Shown: one piece after another, positions 25,593 through 36,918 of the stretch
Position numbering within the stretch: position 1 is the stretch's first letter
How the letters are laid out: each line of letters opens with the position of its first letter
From: Blasia pusilla
Taxonomy: Eukaryota
Direction of reading: 5' to 3'
DNA: 64,000 nt
Assembly (NCBI GenBank): GCA_050084515.1
Contig: CM114271.1
Coordinates: forward strand, 21,018,001 to 21,082,000
The notes under the pieces: model-generated
Databases searched by the model: none
Seen by the model: the letters and a program-made list of their open reading frames with translations, nothing else
Told to the model about the DNA's origin: nothing
Translations under genes and position numbers: made by a program

Positions 25593-28342
25593 CTAGAACT
25601 GACACTCATCACCACTTCCTCCTGAACCTTCTGATGAGCCACCCATGTCGAGCTCTTCATCCGAATCGATGCAATTGACGTAATCATAATATGGTAGTAC
25701 CTGCACAGGTAAATCAACATGTGAATGCCACTTTCTAAACCGTTCTTTGTTTGAAGAGAACTTCACATTAGGTTATCACAGTGGTGCGTGGATGGCCAAA
25801 AACCAGACCGATTCCAAAAGTAAGCTTGGTTATGGCATATCTACAGCAAGAAATTCGTCATCAAGGGCTCTAATTAGATAGATAACTGATTACTACACTA
25901 AAGAGTGTCAGTGGCATTCTGTGCCATGGTCACGTACTGTAACAGTGCAAGACACTGTTATTAGAATGATTCCAGGCCACAAGTTACCTTTGGGCGGGGG
26001 AGGACGGCTTCGAAACTGTGGAAGTGAGGCTCAGAAAAGTCTGGCCCTTGTAGAACTATGTAACCACCTTTATTTTGATACCTTTTGTCATCTGCCTGTT
26101 CACAGTGAATAACATGGAAGAAAAAAACTGTTACCGAGGTACCAGAGGTCCCCGCATGACACACAGCAATAACTATCCTTCCTCAGCAGAACTCAACTGA
26201 TCAAGCAACGAGTGGGAACAAAAACAAGTTTGTGTTCCCCTGAACTATGGACATAGTCACTCCTAACTGTGTTGTGTCTTCTAGGTGCACGACCAGCACT
26301 GAAGGAAATTTAGATACATCACAGCAAAACGCTGTTCCATGCACACAGTGTAGACAGAGCTGGGTACACATGTTTATTGGGAAGTTAACATTAAATGGGA
26401 GTCCAACGAGGCACAAACCTGGAATTGAGGATAATCAGGAGCACTGAAGAGAGTGATCAATTTGCCCGCTTTCACCACATGGTCAGTTGTATATCCTTTG
26501 TCCATGGGTGCCATCTCGGGCCGCTTCTCTCGAGCATCCGGGCCCTCATGCGACCTAACTATCAACTGCAATGAGCCTCCAATCAAAGCAAACACATAAC
26601 GAACCCCTCATACACATGGAATTGATAGAATCCGCACATAGATCATCGGGCGTTTGTACTGACCGGCTTCTGTGCACATTTACACCTCGCAATGAATCCA
26701 GCACTATATTTACAATCAATTGGATTCTATGTACTATCAAGTTCTATTTACCACAGGCTCACTTACTACCATTCTCAATAAATGTTCACAGAACTTTCTT
26801 TGAAGCACACACAAAGATGAATGCCTCATGAAGACAAAAAAGCAACATTACTTTCACCGCTCTGCAAGCACAGAACCTCACAGATGATCCTTACCTTGAT
26901 CTTATTTTTTTCCATAAATTCCTGGGTGCAATCGGGACCCCAGAGTAACCCAATCCCACGAGCTTTATTGTGTGAAAGACCATTGGTAGGAGAAGGATCC
27001 GACCAAAGCACATCCCCAGGAATCGCATTTGACCCGAAACCCGAAGGATTTAATACCCCCCTCCTGGCCTTTTGCAAATCGCTCAGTGTACCCAACTTTA
27101 AGGTTTCGTGTGAGCTTCTTGTTCGCATGAGTTTCCTGTAGCTTTTTCCTATTTTACTCCTCTTGGGGGTGGTGGGTTCGACGAACCGAAAGAGTCCTCC
27201 ATGGGCGAGAAAAACACAACCGGCCACTCGAGCAGCAAGCGGATGACCCTCGAAGCAACCTAGCAACTTGCGGTACAAATGCTTGCCTTGACCGCCAAAT
27301 TTTGCCATGACTTCCTGCTCGAAGCCGTATGCACTCGTGCAAAATTTGGTCTCATGATTGCCCCTGAGAAGAAAAACTCTATGAGGCATAAGTATCTGCG
27401 AGCAACCCAAGTAAAACCCTAATATTAGCTGAGAACGCGTTTCATACTTCCAAAACAGAACACTTTGAAACCTTCCGCAACGCGACACGGCCTCCGACTG
27501 CTGTAAGAATGTCATTCTTAAGCTCTGCAACAGGCCGCAACCTCGAACACACGATTAACCGGTTCATACCTACTTTATCTCCAAGGATGATCTGTGGTTG
27601 TTTATGACCCTTCCATGTGAGTTAAATAAATTCAAGGATGTCAAAAAAGAACGGGCAAACAGCCAATCCGTGTAGAGCTATTATGCAAGTCAAGCATCGG
27701 AAAAATTCGTTTACCCACTTTCAAACTCCCACGCACCAACTGTACATGCTGGTACCACCCTAAACTCAAACTCGTCAGCCAAGGATCAGAAAAGAAGGCA
27801 TTTCCATGACCCGTCAATGAAGAACTCCCTATCCAACGACGGGGAAATCGTGATTACAGACGAAGAGGTTGCACTCCACACGCAGCCTGCTCGCGTTCCC
27901 AGGTGAAGAGAAATTGAAGAGAAATGACCTTCCAGCACAGAAGATAAAGATACGTCTCGAGACCCCAAGCTCCCCGATCTACGTAATCTCCATTGAACAC
28001 GAAAATGCGATCTGCCGCCGGCGGGCCGGCGATCTCCAACAAATGCAGCACATCGTGGAACTGGCCGTGCACATCTCCCACAAGCACAACTTTACAGCCC
28101 GGATCAACTCCAACCTCCACGCAATTCGCCTCCCGATGCATCAACTTGGACGCCGTCCCTATGATTTGGTCCGTCAGGGTAACGGGTAAAATTGAAGGCA
28201 GATCTGTGGGCAGCAAATTCCTCGTAGCATGCTCCAGCGTCGCGCCTAGCTGAACCACCCATTCCAGTGTCAAATCCCCTCCTGACGGCCATTGCAACAG
28301 CGTGTCCAGTCCTGCTCCTCCTTCTCCCATGGAGGGCGCCAT
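25593..28342 (-). CDS. PP7: Serine/threonine protein phosphatase 7 (PPP family), 5 coding exons, ~425 aa
   Basis: Exons 27929-28342, 26895-27395, 26419-26565, 25988-26095 and 25593-25700, all GT-AG and phase 0. PPP motifs [36 protein letters not shown] and [13 protein letters not shown]7-type basic insert and C-terminal PYYDY...DSDEE. An in-frame stop at 28415-28417 makes 28342 the first ATG. Confidence 0.95.
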
Positions 28343-28743
28343 GCCATGTACCGATTCCCTCGCTCTTCCGTTCGCGCTTTCATCCACAACCCCCGCTCCT
28401 TCCTCACACTCTTCTCACCGACACCCAGGTTCTCGATCCCCTCAACGCTCCCATTTCTTCTCCAGAGTCCTCACGACTTCCTTCTTGACCGAGCCCGAGC
28501 TCTTAGCTATGGCGGAGCGCACTTGCACCTGTTCCTCGACAGAGTCCTTGCGCTCGGTCCCTCGACAGTCCACGACCTTCCGGTTCCTCCGAGGGACCTT
28601 CCGGACGTCTCGGAGAGCAGAGGGATAATAAGTGATTCCGATGGTCAGAGAACCACTACAGTCGGATATATACGTGGTTCGTATCTACGTCGTACGTGAG
28701 GGCACGCGGTACCCCACTGCCGCCAGTTCGTTTTATAGTAGGG

Positions 28744-31700
28744 AGGAAGGAGGGAGGAAATAAAATATATGTAGAAAAAGGATGGGAAACCCATCACGAT
28801 ACATAAAGAGGAGGTATAGAGAGCCAAAAAATAGACCTCAAGAGGCCAAAACCGGCCGCGAGGAGAAAGAAGAGGGCCTTCCCCTATCGACCAAAATCAC
28901 CAACATCAGAGACAATATTAGCAACACTTAAAAAACTATGACTACTACTAAGTGGGCCTCTAGCATTGGCGTCTCCAACCGCCTGAGCCCGCCGCAGAAG
29001 TCCATTTGCCTGGGCGCGCTGCAAAGCTATGGAGATCCGTTGCCTACAATAAAGTATCGCAGTGGCTAAGGACAAACCATTTTTCGACTGGAGATGATGG
29101 GCGCAATCCGTAAGGAACGAGTCAAAGCTCTCCCCCATCGCCCCGTTCATCTCAATGGCTAGGGGGATAAATCGATGTCCGTCATGAAGTCGACTATAAA
29201 TGTGGGTCTTCTTGACCGCGCCGCCGCTCCTTGTAGCAATCTCCCTTGTGCTACCACTTGGGCTCGCACCACCTCCCGCATAGGATCCGTCACTACAACA
29301 TTTGCTACCACCACCTCAGACTCCCTCATCATGTAGAGATCAGTACGGATAAGGGAATCCCGCATGGAGTAATGCCTCTCTCTTTGTACATGGAATCCAC
29401 TCTCCCGAGCAATAGAGAACAAAATATTCCGCACTGCATCCTTTCACCCCCAACTGGACACCGTGCCAAATGCACACCAAGTGGATCCAGACTGCGGTGA
29501 CACTCGCAATGTGTGGAACCAACCACCGTTGGTTGGGGCAGCCCCAGTCGGAACCTCATCGCTGTATTGTAGGTATGTGGTGCGATGCGGAAAGCCAGGA
29601 TGAGGGGACGAGTCCCCATCCATGAGCGTGCCCCCTTTCCGGAGCAAGAGCGAATACAAGCCTGAACCTCCATGGGAATATCCCTGTCCGACATAGTAGC
29701 TCTAAACAATGCATCAAAGTGGGCTTCCATCAAAGAAGATTGGAGCCCAGATTGTCCGGAGGTAACTAGGGAAGAAAGCGGGAAGAATTGCTCTAGCCTC
29801 AACAAGAAGGGAGTCTCTACAAGCTGTGAGTGAAGACCGAAGTGGGAAAAAGACCATCCTCAACCTGGGAAACGTACTGTAAAAGTAGCGGTCTATCCCT
29901 AACCAAAAATCATGAGCAAAGGAGGGGTGCTACAGTGGCCCAACTCCCTAAAAAGGCTGAAGACGCCACTAACTCAGTCACTATGAGACCTACTCCACCA
30001 AAGGCAATCGGCCAAGAAGCCTGTCTACGAGCTAACTCCCCCGCGGGGCACTCTAATGAGCCGGGTCCTATAAGATCCCCAAACGCCCGCCTAATCTTTC
30101 TATCAAAGGATCTATACAAGGAAGAAATATGGCTAGTCGTCCACACGGTTCTACATAGATAATCAGGTCTACGGGCAAAACATGACGAGAGGATTCCATA
30201 AGCTACTTGAGGGTCACCAATCCTCGTGAGATCGTCGACCTGAAGAAGATCCTCGGTAAGAGCCGCCGCCACAAAACTCGATACAAAGTCTTGGCTCCCG
30301 AGTGGGACACCCAAGACACGAAGCCCTCCAGCAGGTGTTAATAAACCGTCGGGTAAATGAATATCCGCTGACAAGCCTAATGAAGACCAAGCCTTGCACT
30401 TTCCCACCTTCACCGCGAGGCCGACGTGTGCCAACTGTGCTGAAAAGTGCTGAAATGCAGGAACAACCAAGTCTCTAGGGCCAAAAATGTGAGTATCATT
30501 TGCCAACGAAGGGAAAATGCAACCCGGGAAAGCCTCCACCATAGAAAGAACCGCTTGATAATGAGCCAAAGAAAACAATGCACCACCCAAGGGATCACCC
30601 TGACGAGTCCTCGTAGCAGACTCCAAGACCGTGATCTCCTCCTTGAACATACCGTGGTGAAAATAGAGAGCCGAGGGGGCCCCATAAAAAGCATGCACAA
30701 AGGGAATCAGACTCGCTATGGGTCCCCCTACGTCTCTCAGCTCCGTGAAGATAGCTGCCCGAGACATTGAGTTAAAGGCGTTCTCCACATCAACTTGGAT
30801 AAACACCCACTCGGGATGTATATCTAAACAAGCCCTCAAACCTAAGGCTACAGCCTCACAACCGGCTAGCGTGGCAACTCCAAACTGGTGCGGACTCAGA
30901 TGTGACTGGAAAGCCTCACGGAACTGCAAAGCGATAGTGCAACTCACCAACCGCAAGAGCACCTCCCCTATGGCAATCAGACAGATCCCTCCACCCTCCT
31001 TCGATAACGCCAAAAGTCGCCCCGCCCCCAATACCTGGGCTACTGCTGTTGCACTCTCCCCTGAGCTAGGTGAGAGGCAACCTGAAGCAACTGGGAAAAG
31101 CCGCTCGCAGAGTCCTCGGAGGGAAAGCAATCACGAAGGTGTTCGTACACCATATCGGACAACCTTCCAGCTGCTATCCTAGGGGAACGCCCGAGTGCCC
31201 GTGCAAAGAGGGACGGGTCTAGGCATAAGGTCGTGTTAGGATGGAAGTCACGTACAAATGCTGGGATGTCAACCACTGGACGAGGGTGTAGTCTTTGAAG
31301 GGCGTCTATGGTAACAACGGAAGGAGGAGCCATATCCATAGGGTGGAGCGCACGAGCCGCTCGCGAGTACTCCTAGGCTCGCCCAAGTCTCCTACATCAT
31401 CGCAATCTGGCAGCTACAAGATCGTCCGCTGGGAAACCACGTGGAGTACTACCTCTGGCATGTGCCACGAACTCGCTCTGCAGAGACTCCCAATCACCTC
31501 CTCGGAAGCGCGGCAATCGGGCCACAACCTCTCTATGGCCAGCCTTCCCTCCTCGGGTATAGCGAAGATACCATCGTGGAAGGAGAAGTAGTAGATACCA
31601 CGAGAGCTCATCCATAGGATCAAGTGCGATCCTAGATAAGGGAAGGAGGAAAGACTAGCGAAGCTCATCCCGAATAGCATGGGGATCCTATGAAACAACC

Positions 31701-32190
31701 TCGGGCAGGGAAAACGGGTCTCAAAGAGACCTGTGATACTGCCAAGGTGGGACCTCAGCCACACCCATGCCTCTGGAGGGGGCGATGATGCATGAAGCAC
31801 CGGTGAGCATCCATGATCGACTGGAGGAACCACCCATCCGAATCTATCAAAGTCAGGATGTTTAGCGGCTCAATGGTTCCGAATTCCTGAACGAGTGAAG
31901 AATTCAGGACAACAAGGGCGTTTCGTATCCCGGCTAGACGTTCCACGAGCCCCTACGCAAAGGGCTGATGCAGGTCGAGCCATGGACACCTCTCACCAAG
32001 AAGAGAACATGACCCCCTCCGTCAAACTCGAGAGACAAATCCCACCAAAATCTGCCCCACAACCCCCATTCGAACTAGCCCTAATGGTAATCGACTCTCT
32101 TCCCGTCCACGGAAATGCTCTCCCTAGTATGAACTCTCAACTACCATCTTCACCTAGGACCTATGGCCCAACCCCTTCCCAAAACAATGT
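28744..32190 (-). mobile_element. Decayed CRE-like non-LTR retrotransposon (RT + CCHC + restriction-like endonuclease)
   Basis: Frameshifted ORF pieces. RT (29910..31130): GGICLIAIGEVLLRL, HQFGVATLAGCEA, DVENAFNSMSR, RQGDPLG, SLANDTHI (YADD-equivalent) and LRVLGVPLG. CCHC knuckle CECHRSLDPLGVHLARC. RTDL (RPD-like) and VVANVVVTDP. C-terminal RQRISIALQRAQA. 3' UTR ends in a TCC-rich tail. The 5' boundary is uncertain. Confidence 0.88.
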
Positions 32191-35100
32191 AGAGATAGTA
32201 TGGAGGTACTAATGATATGGAAAAATAATAGATGGAAAAAATAGATGGGAATAGAGTGGGATAAGGGAGAAAAACATGGGTCAAACGTGAACGAGAAACG
32301 TGTGTGGCTACAGGATAAGGACATAGAGAGAGAAAAAAAAAGGGTGGTGTGGAATAACAACATGAGTTGTCTTGGAAACATTCAAAGCATGACAACGAAA
32401 CGAGACAACAAAGAGGATCCTAATACCTACATGAGAAATCCTAAAAAAGCAAAAATCTACAAAAAAAAATAAAATGAAAAATACTTCACTACAAGATTGA
32501 CGCTTCGGATCAAAACGTTGAGGAATTCGATATCTCCATTTTGATACAACACACGACCCCCCTCCATCCTCCATCCCACCATCAAAATCCTTCCCATCCC
32601 CACCGCCATCCCGTAGAGCTCCGCGGCGCCCTCCCGTCTCCTCCTCGTGCTCAAAATGACCCTAAACCCCAAGGAAGGAGTCGACTTTCACGGAGCTAGA
32701 GGAAGCCGGCAGATCGGAGTGCGGACTGTTGGATGCATCATTGAAGGTCTAGGGTGGGACGTGGAAGTTGTTGGTCTTATGTGTTACTTGTTTGCCACTC
32801 ACTAAAACAAGTACGCGGCCCCCGGTAGCATCGTGGAGAGATTTCTAGTGAACGGGAACTGTTGTTGTGGTAGCTGTAAAGTGCAGATTAGTGCACTTAA
32901 AAAGTAATCTTCATGTACGTTAACTGAATATATTATTGGGTTTTACTTGTGGGGTGAATAAAATAAGTACATTTTTAGTGAAGTGCTTGAAGTGTCCTTT
33001 CATCAATGTTACAAGGACCATATGTGGAAATAACGAAGCTCAGCCAACCTTGCTCAGCCTTTACATATAGTGGGGAAGTGTTGCTGATATTTGGAAAACC
33101 TAAGAGCATAACACAACATTGAGCATAGTTGTGCATCAAGCACGTTGAACATTTTAGACCCCAAAGAATTAAAAAAAATTCAATAGGCCACTCTTGTTTA
33201 GGGCTTGTTGTAGCATATGTGGTACTTAAACGGATTGACCGAGTGCGCTACAAACCTGACTGTGTATGGTAGTTTGGAAAAATGTAAGTTTAAATGTACA
33301 TACAACCTAGGTGTGTAACACAAAGCGCAAGAAGCTGATCCTATAGAGATAATGTCGTGAATGTATACAAGAGACTATTCACACAAAGATTGAATCATTT
33401 GTGACTAATTATTGAGCATCAACCAACAACATGGACAGACGGCATGTCAATTGGTTTCTAGAGTGTGCTAACATATAAAACTTACTACGAATTAAGCACG
33501 AAGCAGATTCAGTACATAAGTCAGTGTGGAAAATGGAGTTTGATCAACAAGAACAACTCCTCTACGGTTAAATAAACATGTCGATTTAATAGATTGCAGA
33601 AAACAATCATGAGGTGAATACCAAATACAAGAGTAAGAAGATAAATTGAATGCTTTCTATTTTTTTGCAGAGAAAAAAAGAGCTTCCAGGTCCAAAACGG
33701 CAGCTAAGTTGATGTAAATAGAAACAGCCGTAGCTTACAGCAAGTCATAAAGTCTTGGTAAGTAATTAAATGAACCTTCTTTGCAAGAGTCATTATTAAC
33801 TAAGTCTTTGTAGATTTGCATACAAGCATGCAAACTACTTTTTTGCACGATGATTTTTCAAGGCATCAACCTGGCCAATTAGTTCCAGGTCATCTGCATG
33901 GTTGTGCGCATAGTGTTGTTCAAGAACAAGAAAATCATCAAGAACACCACGGATGTCGCACCGGAGATCAAAAATTGTTCCCATGTCGGTGTCGTGGTCT
34001 TCAGTTACTGATCGCATAATTGTCTGCAGTATATCATTGTGACGTTCACTATCCTCTAGTCAATCCTCAACAATCCCAATATTTTTTCACCCTGCCTCAA
34101 AGAGTCCCATTGGCACATTGTCGTTGAAATATATCGGATCATTGATACTTAGAAGTTTCACCTCTGTGTTGGGTGAACGTCGCCTCCTTTGCTTCTTGCC
34201 CGCTCTGCCACAATTGACCAGAAGAGGAGTACAGTATTGTCTCACAGTTTGACATCTGTGTTTTATGCATTCAAACACATCAAATCACAACAATTTACAT
34301 CACGTATGGCAAGACAAAGTAGGGGAAGCAATACATCTGAACTAATGGAATGATTAAGAAATGAGAAGTAATGATGGAAAATGAGTTGTATACCTGAACT
34401 ACAAATACATAGAACAAACTTTAAAATTGAGGTTCGGTGACGACAAAACATATACAAAAACATGAATGAGCACTAGATAGGGGTAACACATTCATCAATG
34501 TGGACACAATCCAGGGCTTGAAGTACTGGTTTGAAAAAATAAATGAAATGCTGGAACCAGTGTACTAGATATTTAAGAGTACGTGTCTGCATTTAGCAGC
34601 AGTAAATCAAAACACAAGTAAGTCAAGCGCAACGAAAAAATTATGGTTCAATACATTAAAGCACGGCAAGAAATTTAGCGTATAAGTATTGTGGCAACGC
34701 ACAATAATTGTATCACTAAAGCAAAATGGGCAGATTGTGTAGAAAGCATATAAAGACACGTAAGATGCATAAATGGCATAGTGTATGGGCAAGAAAACAT
34801 TTGTAAATATGGTTGTTAGGTTAGCAGCTTTGAACTTAGAATCATTGTCATAAGCAAATGTATTGATTCCATTATGGATGAGGGAATAAGTTATGTCTAT
34901 ACGAACAAATTCCTAAAGATGTGCTTATTGTCAAGTTTACCACCACATTGTTTATGCTTGAACACCTTGCCTTTTTTGCAAGGTGCGCCATGAGCCGGTG
35001 TGTCTAGGATATCAAAGCATTCTTAAAAGACACACAATTGCTATTGAATAGGTTGCATCCCAACACTATCTTTGCTGCGAAGCATAGTGTGGCAGATGTT

Positions 35101-36302
35101 TGAGAACATGATGATGTAATTGTTGATGCACATAACCTGGCCACATGTAACAATTGTTAGATTCAAAAGACAGTGAAAACTTGAATGATTAAACAATAAA
35201 TAGTATAAATATGAAACTTGGAATGCATGTTTAGGGAAAGTGATCTTACATGGTATGGCAGTGCTAAGTGCATTTTCTTTTATTAGGCGACTCAGGTAGC
35301 TTGGCTGGCTGATAGACGTTCATCTCATTGTAGGTATGATTTGATGGGAACCGATGGCTAATATTGTTCTCATAATATTGTTTAGAAGGACCTGGTTGAT
35401 CATCAAGGGCCATAATGTCTCTTGGCGCATCAACAATTGCACTAGCTTCTTGAGCATTTTTCATCTTTTCAAGTAGATGAGCTGCCTTTGCAGCTGATAG
35501 ATTCAACAACATGTGAATAGGGAGCTTCATGATCAAACGGAGCTCCTGAATTTGATCAGCCTTTATGCCACCAATTAATCTTGAGTAGTGAATGTCAGCT
35601 TGCTTCCATGTTAGGTCGGCTTCATTGTATTCAACATTTTTATAAGTCATTATTTCCTTCTGGATTCCTGTAATGGGAGGAGCAAAAGCACAAACATTGG
35701 ACAACACAACATTCACAAATACAAATCGAATGTACATCATTTTTAGACTCATAAGGAATACCACATGATTACAAGTGATTCCCTGTAGCTAGCGGCTATT
35801 TTTTTATCTCTCTGAATGAAGTAGCCCAAGCTTTACGCTGGTCAATCATTTGGCTCAGCGAGCGACTTGTGATACCGTCGTACCAATGAGTTTGATCAAG
35901 TCCCATGCTATTTGCATACCTAAGTTGTGCGTCGGTGGGCAGAACAAACTGTATAGTTGGTTCGTTGGGAAGGCTAGACATGTCATCAAGAATCATTTTT
36001 GCAAAGTCTACATATCATGTCGGTACTTGAAGAGTGGTTGTTAGTTACTATCAAGCAGTAGTTACAAAAGCAATAATTATCATTATAAAGTTTACAAACG
36101 TGAGATGCTTGCTGAAGTTTTTTTCAAGCTAGTGCAAAGCCTGTGGTGTCCTTGTGGGCGTGTAATAGTCTTCAGAACTACTATTGCTCAATAAGATTGG
36201 ATTGGAGTTGGGTGGAATGAAGGACGACGTTGCAGTGTTAGGGATAGGTGTTGATGTGCCCAATACTGCTGATTTTCTCCCACGTCCTCTCAGTGAGCCC
36301 TC

Positions 36303-36876
36303 TGTCACATCTGAGTAGCCGATAGGCTGAGATCTATTGTGGAGTCAACGGACTATCTTGAGTGTAACTTTGTCCCCCGATATTGGATGAGGCTGAGGAT
36401 AGGTCCATTGTGTCAGGAACGTCGTTTCTGACAACTTTCATCTTTGAGGCCTTTCACAGCCGGATGACTTGTTGACCAGGTTACCCGCCCCTAGTAACCT
36501 ATGCCCGCAAATTACCAAGAGGATGGCTATTTTTAGGGGTCATCTAAAAGGCTCTTCCCAACCCTATATAAGAGAGAAAGATGGCTTTCCTAAGCCATCT
36601 TTCTCATGTTGGGCCCTTTGAGTACCTCTCTTGTATGTGTGTGAGATAGAACTAGGGTGCTAACATCCGGATTCCTTGATAGCACAGGGTGGACGAAGCT
36701 CGATATGCCGATGTAGATTGAGGAGTGGAGTTTTAGGCCGGATGTGATCTCCTTGAATATATATGAGTTGATTTTTGTACATGTGTAGATCGACCTGTGT
36801 GTGGGGAAGATCGGTGTTTTGTGGTGTAGATGTGATGAACGATGTATGTTGTGTAGCGATATGTATACACACGACA
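36303..36876 (+). mobile_element. Solo LTR (574 bp) nested in the Helitron-like block
   Basis: Termini TGTC...GACA. 4-bp direct repeat CCTC at 36299-36302 and 36877-36880. Internal CTATATAAG TATA-like motif at ~36564-36572. Removing it restores a continuous minus-strand ORF. Confidence 0.75.
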
Positions 36877-36918
36877 CCTCGCTACTTGCCATCTCTGTAG
36901 GAGGCACCTATTAAACCG

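Noticed and set aside
28343-28387. GTG-initiated N-terminal extension of PP7 and intron read-through in the ORF track
   Set aside because: ORF-caller artefacts; the first ATG is at 28342 and the splice sites give a complete protein.
32751-32761. snRNA USE-like GTCCCACCCT on the minus strand
   Set aside because: Poor match to RTCCCACATCG and no recognisable snRNA downstream.
36574-36605. 14-bp hairpin as the Helitron 3' terminator
   Set aside because: It lies inside the solo LTR and is not followed by CTRR.
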